Program-made: the position numbers and the translations under genes
The notes under the pieces: generated by a model
Seen by the model: the letters and a program-made list of their open reading frames with translations, nothing else
Database searches by the model: none
Told to the model about the DNA's origin: nothing
In this document: positions 51,099 through 61,008 of the stretch, one piece after another
Position numbering within the stretch: the stretch's first letter is position 1
Layout of the letters: every line of letters begins with the position of its first letter
Source of the DNA: a bacterium
GTDB taxonomy: Bacteria; UBA8248; JACPRG01; G963555815
DNA length: 64,000 nt
NCBI GenBank assembly: GCA_965218795.1
Contig: OZ244653.1
Span: 3,904,001-3,968,000, forward strand
Direction of reading: 5' to 3'

Positions 51099-52187
51099 CT
51101 AGTGTACTGTCGCAGAAATTTTTTCACAAAGGCGTTTGATCTTTGCAAGGATGGAATCGGCCGTGGCCGTCCACACAAACGGCTGGGCGTTTTCGTTCCA
51201 GTGGTCGGTGAATCGGTCAATCCGGCGGATCAGTTCTTTCACTTTGTTGAAGGAGCCCCGTCGAATCGCACGTTGCGTGATGATGTGAAACCAGATTTCC
51301 ACTTGGTTGAGCCAGGAAGCATACGTCGGCGTGAAGTGGAGTTGAAACCGTGGGTGTCTTGCCAACCATTGCTTGATTTTGGCGTGCTTGTGGGTGGCGT
51401 AGTTGTCGATCACCAAATGAATGTCCAAATCCGGCGGCACCTGCTCCTCGATGTGGCGTAGAAACTGAAGAAATTCCTGATGACGATGGCGGGGCTTACA
51501 CTGCGCCATGACTTCTCCGGTCTGGATGTCCAGCGCGGCAAACAGAGTCGTTGTGCCATGGCGCCTGTAGTCGTGGGTGACCCCTTCCACATAGCCCAAG
51601 CCCAAGGGCAGCAACGGCTGCGTGCGTTCCAGAGCCTGGACCTGGCTCTTCTCGTCCACGCACAGCACCATGGCATGCTCGGGCGGATTCAGGTATAACC
51701 CCACGATGTCGCGTACTTTCTCCACGAAGAAGGGATCCGTGGAGAGTTTGAAGTGCGCTTGTCGATGGGGCTGCAACCCGAAGGCACGCCAGATGCGATG
51801 CACCGTATCTTTGGATACACCCGTCGCCTGCGCCATGGAACGCACCGTCCACTGGGTCGCCTCGTTGGGACGCTCTTTGAGTGTCTTGTATACGACCTCG
51901 GCCACTTGCTCATCCTCAATCGATCGCGGCGCTCCAGGCCGCAATTCGTCATACAGGCCGATCAGGCCGCGGTCGAGATACCGCTGGCGCCATTTTCCCA
52001 CGGTGGCACGATTCACGCCAAGCGCCTCGCCAACCGCACGATTGGGCTTGCCATCGGCGGCCAACAAGACAATCTGGGCACGGCGCACCAGCCCATGGGG
52101 TAGGCTGCGGGAATGGGCCATAGACTCCAATTGCTGTCGAGCATCATCGCTCAACTCCAAAGCTTTCAGCGGGCGTCCCCGTGGCAT
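51099..52187 (-). CDS. IS630-family transposase (single intact ORF)
   Basis: [31 protein letters not shown] and [21 protein letters not shown] precedes ATG 52187. Confidence 0.92.
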   Translation of the reverse strand: MPRGRPLKALELSDDARQQLESMAHSRSLPHGLVRRAQIVLLAADGKPNRAVGEALGVNRATVGKWRQRYLDRGLIGLYDELRPGAPRSIEDEQVAEVVYKTLKERPNEATQWTVRSMAQATGVSKDTVHRIWRAFGLQPHRQAHFKLSTDPFFVEKVRDIVGLYLNPPEHAMVLCVDEKSQVQALERTQPLLPLGLGYVEGVTHDYRRHGTTTLFAALDIQTGEVMAQCKPRHRHQEFLQFLRHIEEQVPPDLDIHLVIDNYATHKHAKIKQWLARHPRFQLHFTPTYASWLNQVEIWFHIITQRAIRRGSFNKVKELIRRIDRFTDHWNENAQPFVWTATADSILAKIKRLCEKISATVH

Positions 52188-52270
52188 AGGTTCCTCCTTG
52201 AAAAAGGGGTGATCAGGAAACCTATGCACAAACATGACTTTTGCCTACTTATTCTTGAGACGAAACACTA
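51100..52270 (-). mobile_element. IS630-family insertion sequence
   Basis: Both ends read CTAG (51099-51102 and 52268-52271), consistent with TA duplication. Imperfect TIRs TAGTGTACTGTCGCA / TGAGACGAAACACTA. Confidence 0.88.
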
Positions 52271-52400
52271 GGGGCCACCATTCATAAAGTGTACGACTAG
52301 GTATCTTCCCGAACAAATGATATCTTGCAAAGGGAAGAAATCCGATAAAGCAGCTCTGAATATTCCAAACCAGACGGCCGCCCGAGCAGGAGGAGAACCG

Positions 52401-53432
52401 ATGAAGGGAAACATTCTGATCGCCGTGGTAGGGGGTCTGGGTCTGGCGCTCGGCCATCTGGCTTCGCCGGTTCACGCGGACGAGGTCCTGTTCTGTGCCG
52501 ATTGGGCCCTGTACGGAAAGCATACCCCTTATGTCGTCGCGCGGGACAAGGGCTTCTTCAAAGAGGAGGGGATCGACATCCGGATCCAGCGGGGCTATGG
52601 TTCAGGGGACACGACCAAGCGGGCGGCCGCCCAGGATTGTGCGTACGGGATGGCGAGCGTGGGGCCCGTCGCCTTTGGCTTGAACCGGGGTCTGGCCGTC
52701 AAGGTCATCGGCATCTTGGCGCACAAGTTTCAGGGGGCCATCTACTCGTTTGAAGATGCGGGGATCCGGAGGCCCAAAGACCTCGTGGGCAAGCGGCTGA
52801 CGCCCGGTCCCAAGTCGACCGCCGACTACGCCATGTTCCCGGTCTTTGCCAAGGCGAACGGGATCAACATGACGGGCTTCAACTGGGTGTTCATGGACCA
52901 TTCCATCATCCCCTCGAGCCTGGGCGCGGGGACCATCGACGCCGCCCTCGACTTCCACACCCAGATCCCCCGGTACCGGAAGGTGGCAAAGCAGTCGGGC
53001 AAGAATCTGATGACCATGCTTTGGGCGGATCACGGGTTGGACATTTATTCCAGCGCCCTCGTGACGAGCACGAAAAACGTCTCGGCGGCCAAATCCGACC
53101 CAACCCGTCGGTTCGTCAAATCCGTGTACCGCGGTATTGCCTGGACCTTGGCCCACCCCGATGAAGGAATCCGGATCTTTCTCAAGGGCGCGCCCGAGCA
53201 GACCTTCGAGACCATCAAGGGAACGCTCGACATCTTCATGGAGCATCTCTTCGACGGTCTTTCCGACAAGCAGGGGATCGGACACGTCCACCATCCGAAG
53301 ATGGAAAAGACCATGCGGGTCACGGTCGAGTCCAAGAAGCAGACCCTCAAGGTGAACGTCCGGGACACGTACACCAACGAGTACGTCGACGCGCTTCCGA
53401 AGGAGATCCGATTCGCCCGGCCGAAATCCTAA
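52401..53432 (+). CDS. NMT1/THI5-type ABC substrate-binding protein
   Basis: Signal peptide; DW..YGKH.PY.VARDKGFFKEEGI, RGYGSGDT, PKDLVGK and YTNEY. Confidence 0.85.
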   Translation: MKGNILIAVVGGLGLALGHLASPVHADEVLFCADWALYGKHTPYVVARDKGFFKEEGIDIRIQRGYGSGDTTKRAAAQDCAYGMASVGPVAFGLNRGLAVKVIGILAHKFQGAIYSFEDAGIRRPKDLVGKRLTPGPKSTADYAMFPVFAKANGINMTGFNWVFMDHSIIPSSLGAGTIDAALDFHTQIPRYRKVAKQSGKNLMTMLWADHGLDIYSSALVTSTKNVSAAKSDPTRRFVKSVYRGIAWTLAHPDEGIRIFLKGAPEQTFETIKGTLDIFMEHLFDGLSDKQGIGHVHHPKMEKTMRVTVESKKQTLKVNVRDTYTNEYVDALPKEIRFARPKS

Positions 53433-53618
53433 CCTGATTTTCCCGCAAAGCGATGTGGATTCGTCGGGACGAAGGAGCAGTGCGCCTTGCCATGGGATGG
53501 GGTTGATCCGCTATCGGCGGCGTGAGCCCCCTATAGACCCTGTCATTCCGAGGTCTGCTTCGGAGATCCTCTTCCGAAGAATCTCGTTGTTTGCGAGAGC
53601 GACGGCCCCCCGGCCGGC

Positions 53619-54728
53619 CTACTTCATCTTCTCCTCCAGCCAGTCGAACATATACCGGTGGGCCAGGCTGAGGTTGTCGAGCTGGCAGTGGGTCTCTCCG
53701 GTCTCGGCGCGCGAGAAAATCTTCAACGCTTTCTCGCACGTGGCCGCCTCGTACATCCTGCGGGCATGTGACACGCTGATCTGGACGTCCTCTTCCCCGT
53801 GCGTCACGAGGAGGGGGCAGCGGATCTTGTCCACCACGCCTTCCAGCCGGAATTTTTTCGCCTTCTCCCGGGCGTCGGGGACGTCCTTCGCTCTCATCAG
53901 CCAGACGAAATGCTTCATGAGCGGATGGTCATCGGACCGGGTGTCCCAAACTTCCGCGAAGTCATAAATGGCGCCCCAGACGATGCAGGCGCAGAGACGG
54001 TGCTCGAAGGACGCCGCCCGGGGAGCCAGATAGCCGCCCATGCTGAGCCCCATCAGGGCGATGCGGTCCGGATCCACGTCCGGCCGCGTCACCAGGTAGT
54101 CCACCCCCGCCGAGACGGGGACCTCGAAGTCATACCGGCCGAACAGTCCCCGCTCCCGCAGGCTGGCCCCCTGGCCCGGTCCTTCCATCACGCAGCAGGA
54201 GATCCCCCGCTCGACCACCGACCGCGCCGCGAAAAAGAACAACTCTTCCGCGATGGATTCCAGCCCGCCGATGAACAAGAGGGTTGCGTTTTGCTCAGCG
54301 CCGCGCGCCGGGAAAAAATATCCGGGGAGGGACTGTCCTCCTTCGTACGGGATCTCGATCACTTCCGGAGGAATCGATAGATGTTGCGCTGCGTCCCGGA
54401 AACACGCCCGGATTTTTTCGTAGTTTTCCGGCCGGCGCGGGTCGTCGTGAGGGAGGAAGAACTCGGCGTTCCGGTAGTAATTCGCCGCCCGGAGCAAGGC
54501 TTCGCGCCCGCTGACGGTATGGCCCCCGGCCAGGGATTCCCTGCCCATCGATTCGACGCGCCCCGCGAGCGCCGAGAACTCTCCGAACCAGGAATCGATG
54601 TCATACAGCGTGATGCGCTCCGCGGCGCCGTGCACCTCGTGAAATTGTCCGCCGCCGAAGTCTCCCGCGCCGAACGTGCGGACGATCTGATAGGACCAGG
54701 TGTACGCATCAGGCCAGAACCAGTACAC
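53619..54728 (-). CDS. Alpha/beta hydrolase (FrsA / dihydroxypseudooxynicotine hydrolase-like)
   Basis: RAANYYRNAEF, EIPYEG, GGLES, EGPGQG, nucleophile GLSMGGY, HGEED and HCQ. Confidence 0.8.
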   Translation of the reverse strand: MYWFWPDAYTWSYQIVRTFGAGDFGGGQFHEVHGAAERITLYDIDSWFGEFSALAGRVESMGRESLAGGHTVSGREALLRAANYYRNAEFFLPHDDPRRPENYEKIRACFRDAAQHLSIPPEVIEIPYEGGQSLPGYFFPARGAEQNATLLFIGGLESIAEELFFFAARSVVERGISCCVMEGPGQGASLRERGLFGRYDFEVPVSAGVDYLVTRPDVDPDRIALMGLSMGGYLAPRAASFEHRLCACIVWGAIYDFAEVWDTRSDDHPLMKHFVWLMRAKDVPDAREKAKKFRLEGVVDKIRCPLLVTHGEEDVQISVSHARRMYEAATCEKALKIFSRAETGETHCQLDNLSLAHRYMFDWLEEKMK

Positions 54729-54824
54729 GTCGAACTCCCTTCTTCATCGGCTTGGGGATTGGATGGGAAGCGTGGGGTTCTCTCAGATCGTCCGGGGGCG
54801 GAATCAAGAACTGCAAGAAGTCCG

Positions 54825-55634
54825 TCATGAACCGGCGGTCCCCGTCTCCAATCGATAATCGCCGCCGGGATCGAGGATCGCGACCAGCCGGACGATGCAG
54901 CCGTCCCCCTTTGTCCATTTCCAGGGGAAGGCGGCGAAGGTGCAGCGCTTGCCGGTCACCTTGTCGAGCTCTCCGCCCACGTTCTCGATCCCCGGGATCC
55001 CCGCCCTCAACAGCTCCCGGTGGCAGGGCTCCCATTCAGGGAAATCCTCGACGGCCTCCCGCCCGGTTTCCGCCTTGTATTCTTCGAGCAGGTGCGGAAG
55101 CAGCGGACCGTTGCGCTGGGGCCCGATGGCCGTGGCCATCGGGTGATCGGTCGCCTGAAGGTCGCAGCCGACCATCTTGACGCCCTTTTGCCGAAGCCAG
55201 GTTCCCGCTTCCTGATAGAGTCCCGGCGCGTAGCCGAAATATTCGAGGTTGTCCCCGTACTTGTGATGCCAGCCGGTGTTGATGATGACGATGTCGCCGG
55301 GCCGTATCTCCGGCCGGGCGCGCTCCAAATCCTCCGGCGTGATGACCTCCCACTTGCCCTTGGGTATGGAGACGGCCACTCCGGTGCCGAAGAAGGTCTC
55401 GAGCGGAAGCTCGTCGATGAACTTCTCGCCCTCGATGACGTGCGCGGGGGCGTCCATATGCGTCGTGCTGTGCATGACGGTCGTGATGCGCTGGGTCAGG
55501 ACGCCGGATTTGGCGTGGTAATGGATTCGCTCGGTCTGGACGTCCTGAAAATAGGGCCAGTTGGGGACGCCGTGACCCCACGGGTGGCTCAAATCATAGA
55601 ACTCCAGACCGGACGGTCCGTTTTCGGGGCTCAT
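54825..55634 (-). CDS. Cyclase-family metal-dependent hydrolase (KynB-like)
   Basis: YDLSHP, HSTTHMDAPAH, GDIVIINTGW, H..LL..GI.GIEN and GDGCIVR. Confidence 0.85.
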   Translation of the reverse strand: MSPENGPSGLEFYDLSHPWGHGVPNWPYFQDVQTERIHYHAKSGVLTQRITTVMHSTTHMDAPAHVIEGEKFIDELPLETFFGTGVAVSIPKGKWEVITPEDLERARPEIRPGDIVIINTGWHHKYGDNLEYFGYAPGLYQEAGTWLRQKGVKMVGCDLQATDHPMATAIGPQRNGPLLPHLLEEYKAETGREAVEDFPEWEPCHRELLRAGIPGIENVGGELDKVTGKRCTFAAFPWKWTKGDGCIVRLVAILDPGGDYRLETGTAGS

Positions 55635-55721
55635 CTTGGTTTCCTGTGGTATCGAGATTTCAGGCGTTATCGATGGACGATGGAGCCCGGAACATGATTG
55701 CGCGCTGTGGGCGCTTCTGGG

Positions 55722-56594
55722 TCAGGAGTTTCCTTCCTTGACATGATAGTCATCCCGTTCGGCCGGGCCGGGTTTGGAGATCGTATCGTACATCGAGTGC
55801 CGCCGCTCCTTCAGGATGCCGGGGATGGCCCGGTAAGGCTTGGGGATGACCATCTGCTGCTCCCCGTCGCGCAGCCACGCCAAGCGGTCCAGGTCGAGGT
55901 CGGCCACGATGACGCCCGGCTCTTTGGATTCCACGAGGACGCCCTCCGGCCCGGCGATCATTCCCAGGCCATCTTCCTTCCCCCAGATGTTTTGCGAGAC
56001 GACGACGTACGCCAGGTTCTCGATGGCCCGGGCCTGGACGAGGATCCTCCAGGAGGGGATCAGCTCGTACAGACACCCGCCGATGGGGGCGAAGAGGACA
56101 TCCGCGCCCTTCAGGGCCTGAACCCGACTGATCTCCGGGAGCCACAACTCCGAGCAGATCTGGAGGCCGAAGTTCCCGCGGTCGGTCTCGAAGACGGGAA
56201 TCTCTTCTCCGGGGCCGATGGTCTTCCCCGGCATCAGGAACTGTTCCACGCCCGGGGGATTGGGATGGGAGCGGCGGTAGATGCCCTTTACCTCCCCGCC
56301 GGGGGAGATCAGCTGAAGCGCCAGGTGGTAGACCCCGTCGCCGAATTCCGCGGCCTCGAGGACCTTGCTGGCGATGACGAACATGCCGTGGTCGCGGGCC
56401 TTTTCACAAAGCGCGGGGAAGGGATCGAAGCTCAGCGGTCCGTTGTACGGCCCCGGATACCCTTCCGGAAAAACCGCGACCTGCGCGCCCGCCTCGGCGG
56501 CCTCGTCGAGATAGGCAAGCGCACCGGCCTCGTTGCGAGGCTCATCCTCCCCCCGAAAGGCCTGGGGCTGAATTGCGGCCACGCGGACGATCAT
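55722..56594 (-). CDS. Carbon-nitrogen hydrolase (nitrilase superfamily)
   Basis: VAAIQ, VFPEGY, ICSELWLPE and ARAIEN. Confidence 0.85.
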   Translation of the reverse strand: MIVRVAAIQPQAFRGEDEPRNEAGALAYLDEAAEAGAQVAVFPEGYPGPYNGPLSFDPFPALCEKARDHGMFVIASKVLEAAEFGDGVYHLALQLISPGGEVKGIYRRSHPNPPGVEQFLMPGKTIGPGEEIPVFETDRGNFGLQICSELWLPEISRVQALKGADVLFAPIGGCLYELIPSWRILVQARAIENLAYVVVSQNIWGKEDGLGMIAGPEGVLVESKEPGVIVADLDLDRLAWLRDGEQQMVIPKPYRAIPGILKERRHSMYDTISKPGPAERDDYHVKEGNS

Positions 56595-56632
56595 GTCAAT
56601 GGGTCTCCAACCAAAAGGGGTTCCCGCAGTGC

Positions 56633-59467
56633 TCAGACGGGCGTGACTTCCGCGGTCTCCTTCTTCGCCTTATCGAGCAGATCCCGCAGCTTGTCCGGCT
56701 TGAGCGGCAGGTCCGTCGCGCGAACGCCGACGGCGTCGTGCACCGCGTTGATGATGGCCGGCGCGCCGGGCAGGAGCGATGCTTCGGCGATGCCCTTGGC
56801 CCCGTAGGGCCCCTCGGGCTCGGCCTCCTCGATGATGAAGGGGACGATCTCGGGCGCTTTCTCGATGGTCGGGATCCCGAGCTGGGTCAGCGTCCGGGTC
56901 TTGGGGATGCCGTCCTCCACGACGTATTCCTCCGAGAGCGCATAGCCCATGGCCTGAACGACGCTTCCTTCCACCTGTCCCTCGATTCCGAGCGGGTAGA
57001 TGGCCGTGCCGCAGTCGGTCGCAGAGAACATCTTCAGCACGTCCACCTCTCCGGAGTCTTCGCGCACCTCCACGACGGCCACGGTCGCGACGAAGGTGAA
57101 ACTGTGATAGTTGCGGTAATCCTTTCTCTCGATCCCGAGCTCCGCCTCGGGATCGAAGACCGGGGGAAAGGTGTCCGGGCAGAGATAGTTGTATTCATGG
57201 GTCAGGTCCACGTCCTGGTCGCGCGCGAGATTCACGACCTCCTGATTGGTCGCAATCCGCTTTCCGCCGCTCGCTCGGAAAACCTTTCCATCCTCCCACT
57301 CGATGTCCTCGGAAGCGATTTCGTGATTCTCGCTCACGAATTTGAACAGCTTCTCCCGGAATTCCTTCGCGGCTCCATACACGGCGTTGCCCGTGGTGTA
57401 GGTCTGGCGCGACCCGGCGGTGCGGCCGCAGTCGAGGGTCAGCTCGGTGTCGGGCGTCATGAGCTTCACGTCTTCATAGGGAATGCCCAGGGTCTCCGAG
57501 GCGATCTGGGCGATGACCGTGCTCTGGCCTCCTCCGATGTCTGCGGCTCCGGTGCGGACCCGGACCGATCCATCCTCCAGAAGCTCGACGATGGCCCCGG
57601 CCCGATCCGGCCGCCCCTGCCCGACGCCGATGTTCTTGTAGGCCGACGCCACGCCGATGCCGACCTTCCCGCCGTTGCGCGGCGAGAAGGGCATCTCGGT
57701 CCTCACGGCCTCCTGCAAACGGGTCAAGCAGTCTTCGATGCCCACGGTGCAGTTCAGGTCGACGCCGGTCGGCATGGTGGATCCGCGCCGGAGGATGTTT
57801 TTGAGCCTGAGATCGAACGGGTCCATCTCCAGCTTCCGGGCGATGATGTCCATCTGGCTTTCCATGGCGAAGCTGACCTGATTGATCCCGAACCCCCGGA
57901 ACGAGCCGCAGGGGATGTTGTTGGTGTAGGCGCGGCGTCCATGGAGCCGAAGATTGGGGATTTCGTAGGGTCCGGCCGAAAACATCGTGGCGTTTCCGAT
58001 GACCCAGGGCCCGGTGTAGGCGTACGGGCCGCCGTCGGCCAGGATCCGGGTCTCCACGCCGGTGAGCCTTCCCTCATGATCCACCGCAGTCCTGTAATGC
58101 ATCTTCATCGGATGCTTGCGGTGGTGGATCAGGAGAGACTCCGCGCGCGATACGGTGATCTTGACCGGCCGTCCGGTTTTCAAGGCCCCCAGCGCAAGAT
58201 AGGGATGGAGGGACAGGTCCTCCTTCCCTCCGAAGGCGCCCCCGATGGCGAGGACGACCTCCCTCATCTTCTCTTTTGGCAGCCCGATGGCTTGGCACAG
58301 GTCGTCCCGGTCCATGAACAGGCACTGCGAGGCGATCATGAGCGTGAGGATGCCGCGCTCATCGACGTAGGCCACCCCCGATTCTGGCTCCAGAAAGCAA
58401 TGGTCGATCCGAGAGCAGGAGTAGTCGCCCTCGACCACGAGATGGGCCTCGGCGAACGCCCGATCCACGTCCCCCCGCTCCAGGGCGACCTCGTGCAGGA
58501 TGTTTCCCGTGGGGTGGTCTTCATGAATGATGGGGGCGTCCGGGAGCGTGGCCGCTTCGGGGGAGAAGACGCCGGGAATGTCCTCGTAGTCGACCTTGAT
58601 TTTTTGGAGGGCCGCTTCCGCCTGCTCCGGCGTTTCGGCGAAGACGGCGGCGAGCGCGTCGGCGACGCTCCGGATCTTGTCGCGCGCGAAGACCGGCTTG
58701 TCCTTGACGCGAACCCCCATTTTGTTCGTACCCTGTACGTCCTTCTCCGTGAGCACGGCCGCGACCCCCGGAGAGCGCTCCGCCCCGCTGATGTCCAGGG
58801 TGTACTTGGCCGAGGGCCGCTCGCTGTACAGCAGCTTTCCGTACAGCATGCCCTCCATGTAGACGTCATCGGCGAAGATCTCGCGTCCGGTCGCCTTGTC
58901 CACGGCATCGACCTTGATGACGGATTTTCGGACGGCGTGATCGGATTCCTCGATGGCGGATTTCCCGAATCCTTCGGGCCAGCCGCCGTTCTCGTTGTAA
59001 TGGGCCGCCGCCTGCACCGCCTGGATGACCTTGCGGTATCCCGTGCACCGGCAGAGGATGCCCTTGAGTCCCCGCTTGATGTCGCCGACCGAGGGGGCGG
59101 GGTTCGCCTCCAGGAGCGCCCGGGCGGCCAGGACGTAAGCGGGGATGCAAAACCCGCACTGAATGGCCCCGCTCTTGACGAAGGCTTCCTGGACGACGTC
59201 CAGGGGCGCGCCGGACGGTTCCCCTTCGATGGTCTCAACGGACCGGCCCTCGAGAGCGTCCATGTTCACCAGGCAGGCGAGCTCCGGCGCACCGTCGACC
59301 AGCACCGTGCATACGCCGCAATCCCCGTCGCCCGGCGTGCACCCCACCTTCGTTCCCGTCAGGCGCAATTCATCCCGAAGGTAGCGGACCAGCGGCAGGT
59401 CGGCATCGACTTTCGCCGCGTGGTCCTGATGGTTGATCCGAAGGTTGACCGTTCGGGTGGGACACAT
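56633..59467 (-). CDS. Xanthine dehydrogenase-family molybdoenzyme with fused 2x[2Fe-2S] domain
   Basis: GTKVGC...CGVCTV, QCGFC, CRCTGY, GGAFGGK, FRGFG, AGSR, GQVEG and GAKGIAE. Confidence 0.9.
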   Translation of the reverse strand: MCPTRTVNLRINHQDHAAKVDADLPLVRYLRDELRLTGTKVGCTPGDGDCGVCTVLVDGAPELACLVNMDALEGRSVETIEGEPSGAPLDVVQEAFVKSGAIQCGFCIPAYVLAARALLEANPAPSVGDIKRGLKGILCRCTGYRKVIQAVQAAAHYNENGGWPEGFGKSAIEESDHAVRKSVIKVDAVDKATGREIFADDVYMEGMLYGKLLYSERPSAKYTLDISGAERSPGVAAVLTEKDVQGTNKMGVRVKDKPVFARDKIRSVADALAAVFAETPEQAEAALQKIKVDYEDIPGVFSPEAATLPDAPIIHEDHPTGNILHEVALERGDVDRAFAEAHLVVEGDYSCSRIDHCFLEPESGVAYVDERGILTLMIASQCLFMDRDDLCQAIGLPKEKMREVVLAIGGAFGGKEDLSLHPYLALGALKTGRPVKITVSRAESLLIHHRKHPMKMHYRTAVDHEGRLTGVETRILADGGPYAYTGPWVIGNATMFSAGPYEIPNLRLHGRRAYTNNIPCGSFRGFGINQVSFAMESQMDIIARKLEMDPFDLRLKNILRRGSTMPTGVDLNCTVGIEDCLTRLQEAVRTEMPFSPRNGGKVGIGVASAYKNIGVGQGRPDRAGAIVELLEDGSVRVRTGAADIGGGQSTVIAQIASETLGIPYEDVKLMTPDTELTLDCGRTAGSRQTYTTGNAVYGAAKEFREKLFKFVSENHEIASEDIEWEDGKVFRASGGKRIATNQEVVNLARDQDVDLTHEYNYLCPDTFPPVFDPEAELGIERKDYRNYHSFTFVATVAVVEVREDSGEVDVLKMFSATDCGTAIYPLGIEGQVEGSVVQAMGYALSEEYVVEDGIPKTRTLTQLGIPTIEKAPEIVPFIIEEAEPEGPYGAKGIAEASLLPGAPAIINAVHDAVGVRATDLPLKPDKLRDLLDKAKKETAEVTPV

Positions 59468-59608
59468 GGATGGGCCTCCCTGATTCGTCGCCGCAGGTGC
59501 GCTTCAACCATCCGAAGTCATGATCCTCCATCGAATGGATGTCCGAACGCTCACGGCCTTGGCCCGAGGAGGACCGAGACCGTGAGCCGGTACTGCCCCC
59601 AACGCGCT

Positions 59609-60658
59609 CTAGAGAGACCTTCCGATACTCTTCAGATAGTCTTTCATTTCCTGCGGAATCTCCGGCAGCGGCGCCTTCGGCAGGTACTGATTCGTGTAAA
59701 GATCCGACAAGGGGATCTTCCCCACCTTCGGCTTGGCCTTCGCCATCATATCCCGCGTTCTCTTCCACTTTTTGTCCGTCATGTGAAAGAGACCCAGCCG
59801 CTTTTGGGCGGGGGTCAGGGTCGTAAGCAGGGAGATGAACCAGACCTCCTTTTGAATCTGTCGGTCATGGCGACCATCCTGCTTGATCAGAAATTCAAGG
59901 CCTTCCTTGGGGTTCTGAATGGCTTCCCGGAAGCCCTTGATCGTGGCCCGCATGAACTTCCTCACGACATCTTCCCGCTCTTTGATCATCTTCTCCGTCG
60001 TCGCGGGGCCAAAGGCATAAACGTCCAGCCCGTAGTCGGCCAAAGCCAGATCCCTGATCTTCAACCCTTGCTTGGCCGCGAGACGGCTGAGAAAGGGGTA
60101 CTCGGTGATAAAGCCCGTGGCGGCGTCGAAGGCCCCGGCCAACAGAGCCGGCGCCCGGGCCGAGGGGGTCGTATTGATCACCTTGACGGACTTCAGGTCG
60201 ATCCCGTTGATCTGGGAGAATGCCGGCATGTTGACCCAGGTGGCGTCGCCGGCCGGCGTCCCGAAGGTTCGCCCTTCGATGTCCTTGGGATGCTTGATCC
60301 CCCGGCCTTCCACCGTGCGAATGACAAAGGGGACCCTGTCATGCTGCATGCCGATGATCTTCAGCTTCACCCCGGCCGCTCGACCGAATATGACGGAGGC
60401 GCAGACCACTCCCGCGATCTCGTAGGCCCCGGCCCCGAGCTTCTTGGCGGTATCCGCTCCGCCGAAGCCTCGGACGATATTCACGTTCAGGCCTTCGGCC
60501 TTGTAGTACCCCTTGTCCCGGGCCACCAGCCAACCGAGGTCGCGTCCGTACATCACCCATCCGAGGCTGTATGTGACTTTCTCCGCGGCGCTGGCCGCGG
60601 TGTACATCGCAAGGACCAGCGCTGCGACCCAAATCAACAATTTTCCGCTTCTAAGCAT
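59609..60658 (-). CDS. NMT1/THI5-type ABC substrate-binding protein
   Basis: Signal ending ASA; GWVMYGRDL, GYYKAEGL and SDLYTNQYL. Confidence 0.85.
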   Translation of the reverse strand: MLRSGKLLIWVAALVLAMYTAASAAEKVTYSLGWVMYGRDLGWLVARDKGYYKAEGLNVNIVRGFGGADTAKKLGAGAYEIAGVVCASVIFGRAAGVKLKIIGMQHDRVPFVIRTVEGRGIKHPKDIEGRTFGTPAGDATWVNMPAFSQINGIDLKSVKVINTTPSARAPALLAGAFDAATGFITEYPFLSRLAAKQGLKIRDLALADYGLDVYAFGPATTEKMIKEREDVVRKFMRATIKGFREAIQNPKEGLEFLIKQDGRHDRQIQKEVWFISLLTTLTPAQKRLGLFHMTDKKWKRTRDMMAKAKPKVGKIPLSDLYTNQYLPKAPLPEIPQEMKDYLKSIGRSL

Positions 60659-61008
60659 GTCCCGTCTCCTCTCATCCACCCCCAGGTTCTGAAACAAGTC
60701 ACCGGCTCGTATCATGACGCGCCAGTGACCGAGCGGCCCGATAGACAGACTGTTGACATTCGTATGGGATTGAACCTAGCAGACCTCTTTTCTTTCCGTC
60801 AACAAGGATTTTCATCGCTGCAGATTCGTTTTCTTCCATGAGAAATCCGTTTGATTGCCGAATGAGATGGATTTTGATGAACGGACGACACGGGATCAGG
60901 GTGAAGCCTGATCCCGCGAATGGCCGCGCGGCTTGACACGCTTTCACCTGCGCCGGAGAATGAATTCCTCAGCAAAAGTTCGGAGTCAACCAAACTGGAG
61001 GGTCCGCC

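Noticed and set aside
56573-60841. 1422-aa plus-strand ORF
   Set aside because: Antisense shadow of the molybdoenzyme and binding-protein genes, with no recognisable motifs; expected in high-GC DNA.
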